NCBI GenBank assembly: GCA_040954595.2
Contig: CM082579.2
Span: 15,414,550-15,478,549 of the forward strand
Direction of reading: 5' to 3'
Source: Balanoglossus misakiensis
Lineage: Eukaryota; Animalia; Hemichordata
DNA length: 64,000 nt
Made by a program: the position numbers and the translations under genes. Each line of letters starts with the position of its first letter. Positions within the stretch are counted from its first letter, which is position 1. This document shows positions 39,436 to 54,125 of the stretch, piece by piece. Below the pieces are notes generated by a model, which saw nothing but the letters and a program-made list of their open reading frames with translations, ran no database searches and was not told where the DNA came from.

Positions 39436-40257
39436 GGGACTGTTCAGTTTTGGTGGAGGGGGGGGGGCAAAAGTTTGTGTCATTGGTTTTCAAAATCAGG
39501 CCGACACCCCCTTCAACCAGGACCAAAAAAATGATGACCCCCCCCCCTTTGACAGGACCAAAATATGATGACCCTCCTCCCACCCTGAAAACATTCGCCA
39601 TCCTTATCTTATGTACACTGACTGTATGCAATAAAGGTAAAGGGTCTCCTCACACCTCAATTCTAAATTTCTTAAAGAAATTTATAATTTGAAGTGTATA
39701 ATAGTATAGCGTTGCAATAAAGAAGTCTATGGATAAATTAAAAGGACACGTCAATACAATAGTTGGTAGAATTGGTAAAACAAGAAAAGTGGAAGGGGTG
39801 GGTGTACGTAGGACAATTTTGTAAAATACAATTAATGCATTTTAATGAACTCATAGGCAAATTAACTTAATGTTGGGGAGGACAAATTTGACTTTTGCCA
39901 CTCAAAGTTAACATCAGTGGGGGTGGGATGGCAAGTATTCTGCCCTGGTACACTATATGTGGCGAAGAAATAAGGGGATGGGTGTGGGAGGGGATGTCCC
40001 CCTTCCACATAAGAAAACTTTGTAAAATATGTAGCTCAAAGTTGCATTTTAATGAAGTCAAAAGCAAATTATCTCAATGTTTGAAAGGACCAATTTTACT
40101 GTTGCCACTCCACTCAAAGTTAGCATTGGTGGGTACATGTATATGACCTCCCCCCTAAACGTTTGAAAAAAAGATGACTCCCTCTTTTGGATTTCAAAAT
40201 TTAAGTGACCCCCTGGATTTTGCCAGCCTCCCCCAACCGTAAAAACTGAATGGTCCC
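39436..40257. mobile_element. PIF/Harbinger-type MITE, right arm only
   Basis: TAA|gggactgttcagtttt...aaaactgaatggtccc|TAA; absent from paralogous sites near 3718 and 11128. Confidence 0.88.
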
Positions 40258-43200
40258 TAAGCGCTATTTTGTCAGTGAAATGGCTCCATTATTATCCCTC
40301 CAACCATAGTTGAAACGGAGTTAAATATGTACAGCTTGAAATCATAAAATGTTGCAAAATTGAACCAAGAGTTTGGTCAATGATCAAGTTCTTACAGCTA
40401 TTACTAGAACCATACAGTCTCAGCGAACAAGAGACATTGGTCCGATTTGCAAGCCGAGTTGGAACTGACTTTGCCTGCACACAGATGTGCCAATTTCAGC
40501 GAATCTTATCGTATTTAAAAATGAATATGGAGAATTGTTATCTGTGTTCCTATTGCTAGCCTACATACATGTAGCTGTTGTCATTCTAGTGTTTTTTTTC
40601 TGTATACCAAAATTGTCTGGACGATGAGCATGCAGAATTTTTCTGATGCTTCTTACTGGCAAAAGGACCACCAGTTGCAGATTTTCATTTCTACGGCACA
40701 AGGGAATTTTATACTTTGCGTGCAAATATAAATCCTGTTAAATTCTATATATTCTTTATTGGGGATTCAAAAGTATAATAATAATTGATAGTGTTAGTAC
40801 CTCTATTCCAAAAAAGCATGCTGTGAGTGTGCGTGTGATTGTGATCAATATCGTAGTTTCAAAATTTGCAGTGTGCCAGTTCAACACATAGCATAACAAT
40901 GGTAAAGCACATGTGTGAATTTCGTGAAATTGGGGAGTGTATCTTACACGGCCATGGCTATCACATTTGCACATGATGGCTTACATTAAAATGTGTTGTC
41001 TATCACGGTTATTTAAATAACATAAAACATCTGATATCTACAGAAACAGTACTATTATAGTGGAAAACATGACAAAAATATTCAAGTAGTATATCACTCA
41101 CATTTTGTGTTATGAAGACATGGCCAAACTGTTTGGGATACTTTTATCAAATGTTATGTGATACTATATCAGCCTGTTTTGGGGATCTTGACAATGACAT
41201 ATATTAGACTTTTCATACACAGCATGAGGTAGAATTTTAGAAACGATTAGGTAATAAGACTGCATATCTCATAGGAAATAATCACTTTAGAAATATTACG
41301 ATAAAAAAAATCATTTCACTCTTATTGGGAGCATACATTTGTAAAACATACATACAGACATGAATACAGACATAGAGAGATCAAGGTGTATACGATTTTC
41401 AGTGGGGGAGGGGGTCCTCCTTAATTGCAAACTACTATGTAATGGTAATTTCTCTTTTATAATAACAATTTTTGAGGTATACGGAAAAAATATCTAACAA
41501 AATAAACAAAAAAACTAATTCAGCTATGATTTGATTCAATTATCATTCTAAAGAAGCACATATCATTAACTCACAACTAAACTTTTAAAGTGATCAACCA
41601 TGCACTTTCTGAGAATTTTTTTTATGCCCCCAAAATACAATTTTTTCATTTTCAGAACATTTATGATATATCACAGTAAAAAAATCCCCTGGAAACTGCA
41701 AAACAAAAAATTGCAAAGCAATCAAACAAAAATGGCAAAAATTGTCCACAAAAACTATATTGACACTTCCATCATAGGATTTGTTAAAATGTCGTGATAA
41801 CACACCTAGGAACCTGCAAACCAAATTTCAAAGAACTGTGAGTAGAGGTTTTTGAGTATTTGACCAAAATCACCCCAAAAATATACTTCAAACCAGATAT
41901 TAACTGAATATGCTCACGTGCAGTACTGTGATTGGTTGACAGAATAACAAGATTAGAAAAACCAGTGTTAAACCAATTTGGTTTATAGTGTATATGGTGT
42001 AAGGGTTGTGTGTTGCACCATTGTGAAATGTAAACATGTTTGTGGAATTGTTGCCTTGTCAATTTTTGTAAGGGGTTATGAGTCATGTACCCCATCCTGA
42101 ACTGCATAAAAAGATAAGTCTATGGAATTCTAAAACTCGTTGATCAAAAATGGCAAGAAATATACCAAAAAGTATGAATATTTCACCAGATTTCAACAAA
42201 TCTGATTTCTGTTCATGCCTAAGAACCTCTTTAACAAGTTTCAATAAGGAAGACATTTTGGCAAACAACAGGTAATTCAGACAAATCTGACTGATATCAC
42301 ATATATGAATTCCCATTCAAAGTTTCCAATCAATTGGACTTGTGGTTTTACTGAAGACTATTTGGCCAAACCCTGCAGAATTCCCAAAAAATACAGTTAG
42401 GCAAATTTCTTTACAATTTGATCATATCTGACTGAGATCACCCCTAGAAACCCAAATACAAAGTATCAAAACAATTGCACTTACAGTTTCACAGGATTTG
42501 ATTTTTTGACAAAAACAGGAAATATTGCCCAAAAATGCATTTTTGCAAATTTCACCACCGTTTGCACAAATGTGATTCAGGTAAGCCCTATGAACCTCCA
42601 TACCAAGTTTCCAATCAATTGGACATGTAATTTCAGAGAAGAAATTTTTTTAACAAAACTACAGAAAATTCTCCCAAAAATTCATAAAAAATAGCAAACG
42701 CCAGATACTGACTCCACCTGAACAAAATCATACGAGGTCTTCCCATAGTACTTGCACACCAATGCACGCCAATTTTTAACTGAATCTGATCCGCTGTTAT
42801 TAAGTTTTTCAATTTTGACTATTTGAACATTTTTCGAGTTATTAATACCAGTATGCATTTTTTCGCAATAACAATTTCTATGTACACACTAAATATCAGT
42901 AGTTTCAAGTTTTTGATGTTGATGGACATACACATACATACATCAATACATTTAGACGAAACTGATCCATTCGCAAAATACATAATTCTGTATGAGGCAC
43001 ACATACAGACATACATAGACGACGGACACCAACTTATGCTATAAGCTGACATTGATATACATGTTAGCCAAAAACCAAAATCAACCTCAAAATAGACATT
43101 AAAATATATTGCACCACCATGAGAAGACAAATTCATTCTTCGACAAATTTTCTGGGGCGTCATTGATATAGCATGGCATATTGTCAAAGTACGTAGTCTC

Positions 43201-43982
43201 TGCGATAAGATTCCATACACACAAAATGGTAACCTTGGAAGTCCAGCTGACGTAGTTATGCAATGGCGTCTCGTGTATTCCGTCGCCAAAAAATCATCGT
43301 AAAATTGATAGTCGGGGTCACAATTCAAGACGACTTTCTCTAAATTCTTTATGAATGGATTAAATCGAAATCGAAATGTTGACGTATGACGTACGGAATG
43401 AGATCTGAACAGACATTCAATGTTATCATTCTCGCTCGATCACATATTGGGTAAGCCATCTAGCAATCGCTATATAGTATTGGCGATAACAGACTGTCTA
43501 TAAACTCACAAAACGGATTTAACTGTTGAGTGTGATCAACCGCCACGTTGTTTTTCTCTGAACAATAGACAAATAGAAAGCCTGGTGACATTTTGAGATT
43601 GACTGCGTGAGGACCACAATATGCGTGAATCATTTACGGTTTGTCTTGATGAATGGGTCACGTCATAGTCATAACGCGGATTCGGCTGCACGCCAACTAT
43701 CCGCCATATTGTCTCCACTAACTTACTCGTAAGTAGTTTCAAACTTCATTTGAAAAGAGTATTCGTCTGACGGTCCTGTAGATTAACAATTTACGCTCTA
43801 TGAAGCAACTAAACAACGTTAGCTTCCTTTTGGATTCACGTAGGGAAGTTATTCGTAACGACGGGTACATCGTCTGAGCATGGACAGAACAACGGCAATA
43901 TCGCCAGGAATGTCTCGTTTCACAGCGCCCTCAAACAGTCGATCTCCTCAAACTATCGTTTCCACTGGTCATATATGCGACA

Positions 43983-44250
43983 TTAACGAAAGCTCACATA
44001 GACAACCATGTAATAGAAAAATTAAAACTTAAATAACTTCATTAATATCAAAGCCACACCCACCAAAACCTTTTCAGTTCTTGCCATATGATATCTGAAC
44101 CTGTGTACTAAATTTGGTTGAAATCGGTTCAGCGGTTCTTGAGATATCGGGTATACAGACAGACACACACACACACATACATACATACACACACACACAC
44201 AGACATCGCTAAACCATAAGCTCACGTGATTTTCACGTGAGCTAAAAATA
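43983..44250. mobile_element. short HINE-like (Helentron-associated) element
   Basis: Core sequence, (CA/CATA) microsatellite, terminal hairpin agctcacgtga-ttt-tcacgtgagct, then A-run. Confidence 0.7.
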
Positions 44251-45513
44251 AAAAAAAATCCATGAGGTCTCAAAATGAATACACACCAATTTCTAAAGCA
44301 ATTTGACCAGTTTCCACCAATTTCACATTGGTCCCAGTGGTAGATAGACATATACGAAATGGGAACCAAAGAATAAAACACATTTCAAAGATTTAACACA
44401 TCTTTTTCCTCAAGAGTGTTTTTCAAATCTTCTCCACATCCTTCAAAATCGCCACCATAAAGCCATATTACTTGTAGTGCTTATGTTTGTCATATCTAGG
44501 TGATGCATACCACCAGAGATGTGTACCCTTTGTATAGAGGCAGATTAAACAGGTGTGGTACCTGTTAAATATCTGACTTCTTTAAATTACAGCCACAATC
44601 GTCTGTCAACAAGATGTTCATGTAGATGTATACCTAGCAGTAAGCTTATTTAGATTGACAAATCTTAGATGAAAATAATGAAAAAGTGGCACAACCCTTA
44701 GGGCTTTAACTAGCAGCTTTATGCCAGATGAGTTCGAGTCTAACGATGTAATGTTGACATTAAGGTTTCATTGAAATAACTTGGGAACCTCTCTACTATT
44801 TGAAGCACCAAAGCTGTGAAAAACTTCCTTCTTTCCCTGAGTTTTTTATGAATATGTTCTAATCTGGGACAAAAATTTGTTGCCAAGTGTCTTGACCCCT
44901 TTACCAAATGTCAGGGACCGGATTTTTTTCAGCAAAATTTCAAATAACCTTGGCTGATTTTTTACCTACTTTCACATATTGGGTAGCATGAAACAAAGTA
45001 TGGCTTCCAGAAGGGTTATAGATACAGTGTTTTGTAATAACAAGAATTAACATGAAACTATAATTTCATGGTTATTTAGGACCGCCTTAATCTATGGTAA
45101 CGTCATTAAATATTTGCATATCTAATTGTAGGCTATCCAGTGGAGGGAGAAACCTAAACATGGACAACATTGGGGTCAAAATTGTTTGACAGAACTTTGG
45201 GTGACTTTGGGTAAACCTTGACCAACATTACTATATCTTGGCATCCAGAGCAGATGCAACCTTGACACTTGGAGTGATGGAAATGCATAATGGAGTATTA
45301 TGTCTCAGCTAGTCACAGTGCTTTTGCTGTGTTTTATGTCTTTTATTTAGCCACATGAGATGTTTTTTATTACACATTGGCTGTGTTTGCCAGTACTTTT
45401 TAGCTGGTCACACTGCCTTAAGACAATGTATTCTCAAAATACCATGCAATCATTATGAAGCATATACAGCAGACAAAGTTATGGTATGACTGAACTTGCC
45501 CTTCTTTGTGACT

Positions 45514-45758
45514 AAAGCATGACCGGCCTGTCTTAGGTGGCCCCTACCTAGGGGCTTTACCCGTCATTGGCTCACAGTCTGAGAAATCAGCTCTGCAGGG
45601 CAGTTAACGATGTAACCCACCATTAAAGCTTGGATTTCCGCTTTTTGTATCTGATGCCTGGCTGAGGCCTTCTTAGGATCTACCCAACGCTGAGTAGGCT
45701 ATCCCGTCATTGGCACACAGTCTCAGGGAGGGAGTCAAAAGTTCAGTATACCAGCAAA
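45514..45758 (-). ncRNA. second copy of candidate structured RNA
   Basis: Reverse complement of 8521-8765 with about 3 substitutions. Confidence 0.4.
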
Positions 45759-48700
45759 GCCTTTATATTGTCCATTCTTTTTAAGAGAAGGCTGGCTGCT
45801 GTAGAAAAATGTTGATCTCAAATTTATCATGTCCAAAAAAGGCAGACTTCCAGCCCTATTGGTTAGGCTGGCATTAGGTATGTACATAATTAATGAGGCA
45901 AGACATAATATTCCATTACATAGTTCCATCACTCCAAGTGTCAAGGATGTATCTGTGCCGGATGCCAAGATATAGGAATGTAGGTCAAAGTTTACCCAAG
46001 ATCACCCAAAAGTTTGTCAAAAGATTTTGACCCCAGAGTTGTCCATGTCCAGGTTACCACATCCACTAGAATAACATATGCACATATTTAATGAGGTTAC
46101 CATAGCTCAAGGGGGTCTTTAATTAACCATCAACATTTAGTTTCATATTAATGCATGTTAATATAATACACTGTATCTATAACCCTACTGGTAAGCCTAG
46201 AATTAGGTACATGCGAAAGTTTTTGACAAGATAGATAAGTTGTAAAATATGTACATGAACCTGACAATTGACTTAAAATAACATAAGGCAGACTTGATAC
46301 TTATTGGAGATAGATACTAATAACAACAGACTAGTGATGTTAATTACACCGGGAATGTTTGTCTTATTATAGCTACATGTAAAAGACTGCTTGAGGTAAT
46401 GTAATTAAAGTGACCACTTGCGATTCACCTTCAAAGTGCTATGCAAGTCTATGGTACATTGTTTTTCCAATGATTGGACAAAGGATATTCATAATGTGTA
46501 ATTAAGGCTGGATAGCATTTTCAATGTAATAAGCCCTGCCTTCACTATAATCTTACGCCAAATCAACATTGTTCAGTTTATGTTAATAACTTCACTAAGG
46601 GACACTTGTTACATCAAATTTCCCAGCAAGGGGTGTCAGATTATTGGGCAAGTGGCATGCATGACACTAGACGATACTTTTGGAAGCAAAGCGGACAGAA
46701 CACGGCTGGATATAGACTAGGTAATCGAATGTGACCATGAACTGTACCACAGACTCTGTATTGTATGTTTCTGAAGAATCCCATTTAACCCAGACATCAA
46801 CATACTTCAACCTTGTAAGAAGTAGAACATACATGATTTACTAGTAAATATTTGCTAGGTTATTACACACTTTGGATTACACAAAAATAGGTGTGTACAC
46901 CGCTGTGACATTGCCAAGCAGATATGACCTACGAGGTAACCTAATACAATTTCACAGGAATCGGAGTATTTTCAGTGAAAACAACATTTCTTCAACAATG
47001 ACAAAAACTGCCTCAACCACAAAAATTCAGATATCAACAAATCCAACAATATCTCACTTCAATCACCACAAGGAACATGCCTACCAAAATTGAAAGCAAT
47101 CTGACATGCGGTTTCAAAGAATACAAATTGCAAAAATTGCCTCAAGACCACAAATATGCAAATTTCACCAAAATGATATACAACATTACTTGGGTTACCT
47201 CATGGAACAAGCAAACCAAAATTTAAATGCAACCTGACCTGACATGGAGTTTCAGAGAAAATGATTTTTGACCAAAAATGACAAAATTATATTTCCCAAA
47301 AATTACAAATTTTGCCACAATTTAAACAATACTAACAAAGATTACCTATAGGAAATAGCATACTAAATTCTAGATACAATTCACGATATTAGCTGAAAGT
47401 ATATCAGGCGTGACATAAGCTACATGCATACAAATGTTCAAAGCAATCTGACCAGTTGTTGAGTTTCTGAGTTTTGATCAATTTCACATTGCTCCAGGTA
47501 ATTAGCATATTTCATTTGAACAGGCGTGCCTGCATCTAAAAACCCAATATCAAGACTTACCACACAGACTCTGTATTGTATGTTTCTGGAGTAATCAAAT
47601 AAAACCTATCATGAAAATACTTCAACCTTCTTAATATGAACAAAATCCTATTTACAGGCTGGCCTGCATCTACACACCAAACATCAAGGGGATACGCGAA
47701 GGGGTTTTCAAGTTTTTGATGTGGACAGACATACATACATCCATACATACTACATACACACATACAGAGGCAACTGACTGGTCAGAAGGCATGAGTAAAA
47801 ATGCAGGAAATCAATGTTGTGACACTGGTAGTAGGCCTTAATGTATACAATATCAAGACAGTTTATTTAACATGAAGTTTGATATGTTCATAATCATTCA
47901 GAGCTAAGCATATTTTGAAATTGTAAAATTAATATCAATCACATGAAAACTGACAGCATGCTTTCATTTGGAAATTTAGGTATTGTAATTAACACTAACA
48001 GTCATGAAACTATTGAATCGTCAATAAAATCATACAGTAGAAATTAATGGGTTTTCTATTTATATGCGATGTGAAAATGCAACTTGTGGTCCTTCGGCCA
48101 GTAAGAGGCATCAGATAATATTGTAAGACCCAGTTGCCAAATTGATTAGACCTACATGTATGCGCTATGTGAAGCGCAAGTTATGGCAACTGAATTCACA
48201 GGACACTGAAGAAAGTGGAATCACTCAAGGTACATATGTATACATGTAGGCTAACAATCACAACACAGAGAATAGTTCTCCATATTCATTTTTAATACGA
48301 TAAGATTCACTGAATTGGCGCATCTATGGGCAGGCAAGGTTAGTTCCAACTCAGTTTGCAAATCAGGCCCATGTATCTTGTTCCCTGAGACTGTCTGCTT
48401 CTAATAATAGCTGTAAGAACATAATCGTTGACCGAACGGTTGGTTCAATTTTGCAACATTTTATGATTTCAAGCTGTGCAATATTTGCAACTCAGTTTCA
48501 ACTTTGGTTGGAGGGATGATGATGAAGCAATTTCACTGACAAAATAACACTACTAACTGACGTCAATATTTGTTCAAAGTTAAATGCATTGCCATCAGAA
48601 AAATGTATACGAAAAGTTTCGTATGTGAATAATAACACTTTTTCGCATAACTGCAAACCCTGTCACAGTTGTGAAATTCTAAGAAAATTCATTCATTAGG

Positions 48701-51159
48701 TAGAATTCGTGCTTTATGAATTCTTAAACAAACTTAGTCATGAAACCTAAATGGTTACCTTACACATGTGGAGGCTCGACTTCTGTGATATGATAGTCTT
48801 CAATTAATGTGTATGTGATTCCATACAAATCCATATGATTACCTGAACGTACAAAATAAATTAAAAATAAATACATAAATTAAAAATAAATAAGTATCTC
48901 ATACATATGCATAAGTGCTTGTGAGAAATATATCATATATCTAAATAAACCTGTCATTTATTGACCTCATTTTCCCAGTAAACCAAAGGACTAAATTGCA
49001 CTTTAATATTACAGCTTCATTTCAATGCAACAGGTACACTACATCATAAGGGAACAAATATGCCAGCTCAACATTTATATAAACAGTGTCAAAATATAAG
49101 TGGCTACAAAAGCTTGTGTCCCTTCAATCCATCCTCCCACTCAGGTCAAACGTGTTACATATTAAAATTGCAATGTACATACAATACAATTAGTCTTTTG
49201 TAAATTCAGACTGAGAAAATATGACTGATAAACATTATCTGGCACATGTTGGTGAATGGCTGGCGTTGATGTTGTTGGTTGAAATCCGAACTATGATTAT
49301 CGCGGGTACAAATCACATTTATTTTCTCAGAGACAACACGTTTGCAACTTCGGGACAGAAAGGTGAAAACGAACGTCATTAGTTCTTGGGAAAAAACTCT
49401 GAAATCAATTTCGGTGAGGTCAAATGTGTTCCAAAGGCAAACCGTTTCTGGTAAACAAATCAATGGCAAATAGTTACTTCGGCGACTTACCAATCAATCA
49501 ACATGGCTGCCAAATCGTTCGATATCCCGGTTTCATCTCGCGATCATTCTATCTTCCGATATGGCGTTGCTTGGTTAAATTCGTCTCTTCTTTGCCGACA
49601 TAGTCGGGCGACAACGGTCCAGAAGCATATACAGCGACGCCATCTTGTTTACAATGTGAAGTATCAACTGCGCATGCTCAATGGTTGTTGATTGGAAAGT
49701 GGGCAGAGCCTGCAAGATCCAGGGTTCGCTTGACCGGCCAAACACGGTTATTCTCCCTGGACCAAATCATTTAAGCGTCAGGCGTAATACATCACATAAT
49801 TGACTGGAAAACTAAACAGTCTTCCACCTATATATCAACACAGTTTATTAAACCTGCACCCGCGCAAATATTTACAAGTATATGATTAAAATTGATCAAA
49901 TCATTAATCGCACGGTTACAGCTGTCATAGTTTCTAATAATATTATTCACTGGTAGCGCTGACATACCATGTTGAAACTTGTCGCGGAAAACAAGATAAT
50001 TGATCTTACGGTGTCATTTGTTTTTAAAAAGTGCTTAATAACTATTGATCCCATTGATATATTTTTCCATATTGATATATTTTTCGCAAATTTTGACTCT
50101 TTGGGCTACTAATAGCATGGTGATCACAATGGATTTACCACCTCCCAGCTGCGTTATAAAAGAATGCCTATTCTGTGGACACTAGCCTCATCGAAGACCG
50201 AACGTGTTCATCGATGTTTCCATTCATGACGAACTCCAATGCAGGCGTCGCAGTCATTCTGGCTTTCACGCTGGGGCACCTCTGGTGACAGCAATTCCCA
50301 ACAAGTTGCGGGTAAGTAATCACACAACCTATATGAGTGAAAGTTTCTTGTCATTTTCGCAACGTCAAGGTTGATATTCTCTTCTTGGATCGAAAATGTG
50401 TGACACAACAAATGAATCTGCGTGGCAGGGTCGGCTGTGTCTTTTGCTTCGAGGCATAGTCGTCAGACACACATCCCTAAGACGCGAAGCCAGCTTATCC
50501 TTTGATCAAATGGCAGCGCTATTCTAAATATTTTACAGCATGCCGTAAAGGACAAACACGTGCCGCTGGAAGAGGCCAACACTCAGCAGAGACGGCAATA
50601 TGTTAACGGAGGTGAGCCCCAACAATAAATTAATATTGTTCCTTTTATTTAGAAAACGCCGCATAATTAGCCAACCAATCATGGTTATGAGAAACCTCCA
50701 AAATACAATGTATCGATATTTACTGCATCTGTTCATACTTCGCCCGCGCTTTAAAAACCCTATAGCTGCTAAAATTGGCATATTTTTTTCCAGAGTAAAA
50801 TACTTCATATGTATATTCCCTATTCCCTAAAATCTTCACCCGTGACCATTAAGCCATATTACTTGCATTTGCATTGGTTTGTCATCACTTGGCGTCGCAT
50901 TTCACGATAGCTGCTTAGCTGCTATTGTTTGTATGAAGGCTTATTAAATCGGTGAGGCACCGTTTTAATACATAGCATGTTCCAATTGCAACATGCAGTC
51001 ACAATCGGGCATCGATAAGATGTTTATGTATACCTATCAGTAAGCTTATTTTGATGAACCAATTTAAGTTGGAAAATAAAATCATGAAAATAATGCAAAA
51101 AGTGGCAGCTTTGGAGGCTTTAAACTACAGTTCTCCCAAATTGTCTTGACTAAATGACA

Positions 51160-51304
51160 TACATGTGGTCAAAAGTTCTGACTGCAGAAGAGGTTGCAGC
51201 TGTGGCGGGGGACTGTTCAATTGGAGGAAATATATTTACATGGAATAAAGACAATATTGAAATGGCAGCAGAAATAGTTCCTACTGAAAAGAATGCTATC
51301 TGCA
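51160..51304 (+). pseudogene. orphan pentraxin C-terminal exon fragment
   Basis: MWSKVLTAEEVAAVAGDCSIGGNIFTW...C then GTGAGT donor (phase 1); 5' part replaced by repeat DNA. Confidence 0.75.
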
Positions 51305-51847
51305 GTGAGTATCACGACTTTAAAATGAAAGATTTTGCAAATTAAAAAAAAATATTGAGTGTTTTGACATGCGTCAGTGGTCAGTAACACACAAGCTGCA
51401 TGATAAGAGGGTCACGAGAAATTGTAAGCCGCAATGTATAATGGATTAACTCCATGACCTATGCGACCTACGAACTGTGACGTACAGAATTTATTTCTAC
51501 GTGTAATGCGGTCAGCGGCAGTGAGCCACAGACCGCATTGCGAGAGCAGTGAGAATTCACCACAATGCAAACTTTCTGAACGTAGGTTGATCTTCGAATG
51601 AAATATTACCTTGTCACCAGTTTTCCACATGGCTACACTGTAAAATTGGGTGACGTGTTCGTTCACAAGTGGAATAATTGTGAGTAGTAATAAAGCACAC
51701 GAAGTTAAGCAACGAGCACTTTTTGAAATGCGCGCAGATGATCCCAGTTTAGCAAATTCAGGCCATTGCGTGCATGCAAAAAAAATAATATTGTACCGGG
51801 GGTGAGCCTACTTTCTTTCCATACAGATACACGTATATGTTGGTTAA

Positions 51848-52642
51848 GATGGGTCCCTAGGATCTTTTTGCTCGTTGCTATGGGCCTTTATAGGACACTA
51901 CACTCAATTTTGATCGAAACCGTTATGAACGTCCGACAAGGGGCTTGTAACTAGTTAAAAATACGCACGATTGTGTGCACACCCCCTGTCCGAGTATGGT
52001 TACGGCAGCTACCGCCCGGCCATAGGCCGCCACGCTAATACGGCAAAGCAGCGGTCAGCGATAGCGTGCGCGTCCTGTAACCACAGTAACTGGATCGAAC
52101 GCTAAAAATCCAATGTTTTGTACACAGAGATTTTGTACCGTTCACGAAAATCCCTAAGGTTTTTTTCATAGGCCACGTACGCCAGCCAAATTTGACCTGC
52201 TTGTTGAGAACGCACTTCCGCATAGTGTGACGGATCGTTTTTTCGGTTTTCGTCGTGCTAAGAAGCGATACCGGTGGAAGAGTGCGTCCAAAAACACCCA
52301 AAATCGATGACTTTTTCAGGTGTGGTACGGGTATGCTGAAATCGTAGGATACAACGATAATATTTGAAAACAAAATCCGTCACGATCTTCCCTGGTTCAA
52401 GCAACTAATGAATACGCATCAAGTTCGTTTTTGAGGTCACGGAATAAAAAGCCTTAGGCTTTTGAAATTTGACCTAGCTAATTTGCATATCAATGGCGTC
52501 AGGGGGCGCGCGCTCACAATCGTGCAGATTTTCAACTAGTTACCAGCCCCTTGTTAGACTCTGAAAACGGCTTAGTCCAAATCGGGGTGTAATGTCCTAT
52601 AAAGGCCCATAGCAACGCGCAAAAAGATCCCAGGGACCCATC
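51848..52642. mobile_element. Kolobok-like non-autonomous transposon
   Basis: TTAA TSD; ~55 bp TIR gatgggtccctaggatctttttgctcgttgctatgggccttt. Confidence 0.9.
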
Positions 52643-53096
52643 TTAAGGTATGTGACAAACAGTTTTCATGTAACAGCCAGTGATGCTGACCATAAAACCA
52701 GCGCAGCTGATGCTTTCATCTACAATTTGCAACATGGACGTTTGTGTCTCTGCATGTGTCGTGCATGTTACTGCTGAACAAAAAAGATATGCGGGCACCA
52801 CAGGCTGGCGAAAGCGGTGCTCACATGCTCTGCAAGCTGATGTTGTCACTAAATTGGCAAAGTATTGTACACATGGAGGAGTTTCTTGAGCTGTCTGTTG
52901 TATAAATGTCGGTTGTGAGTACATTATTTTTTATTTTTTTTAAATAATTTTCAAAGCCCCTATGATTGAAGCATATTATTACGACTCATCCGTTCACCAT
53001 TCATTCATTCATTCATTCATCTATTCAGTCAGTCACTGTACCAATTGAAGACGCCCTTGTATAGGAGAATTTAGCTATGTACTGACTGTCTTTTCA

Positions 53097-54125
53097 TTTT
53101 TAGGTCCCATTGGTATAGGCCTATATACCATGGGACCTTATGGGATGGGTTGCGTCTGTATGGATGTATGTATGGATGTATGTCTGTATGTCCGTCCACA
53201 TCAAAAACTTGAAAACCGCTGCGCGTATCACCTTGATATTTGGTGTGCAGATGCAGGCAGGGCTGTAGATGGGAGTTTGTCCAAACGAAGTTGCCAGGCC
53301 CAAAAATATGCAAATTAGCCAGTAATATGTGAAATTTATCAAAACTCTGAAAGTCAACAACTACTGGTCAGATTGCTTTAAAAATTGGTATGCATGTACC
53401 TTATGTCAACCTCACATCGACCTGTAAGTGTTAAGTTAATATCATGGATGTTTTATTTTTTATAAATTTTTTAGTCTTTTTATTAAATTTATACCTTTAC
53501 TTATACCTCTATGGTTAAGCTATGTCCACGTCTTATTGTGGAATTCTGGTCTGTGCAATAGTCCTGTACAGTGACTGTCTATTGGTCAGTGAGCACAATG
53601 GGGCCAAAATAAAAGGCAAATTTTTGGCTCACCTGTAACACCTGCTTAACACATTAATTATGTGCATACCTAATTCCGGGCTAACTAATAGGGCTTACGC
53701 TAGAGGTTTCGTTCTTGTGGGACATGGACCAGTATAGGGTCAAAATTTCTTGCCCAAATTTTGCATGACCTCAGGTGACCTTTGACCTACTTTATCATAT
53801 CTTGGCATCCAGAGCAGGTACAGACTTCGCGTTTGGAGGGTTGGGACTAACATTGAAAAGCCAAAATTGGGGGTCACCTGTGACACCTGCATATCTCATT
53901 AATTATGTGCATACCTAATTCCAGGCTAACCAATAAGGCTATAGGTTTGGTTTTTGTTGAACATGGACCAGTATAAGGTCAAAATTTTATGCCCAAATGT
54001 TGCATGACCTCAGGTGACCTTTGACCTACTTTTCCATATCTTGGCATCCAGAGCAGATATGCTTATTGCTATGTTGCTATGTTTTATGTCCTCAAATGGG
54101 ACCACAGTGTCCTTGACGCTATTTT
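53097..54125. mobile_element. HINE-like element
   Basis: T-run, hairpin ggtccca...tgggacc, GTAT/GTCC microsatellite, two ~240 bp core repeats, terminal atgggaccacagtg. Confidence 0.75.

Larger units (their letters stand above)
38001..49682 (-). repeat. right arm of large inverted duplication, with arm-specific insertions
   Basis: Blocks match in reverse order, e.g. 48260-49145 to 3135-4000, 44990-46730 to 7540-9300, 39080-39240 to 11340-11490. Confidence 0.93.
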
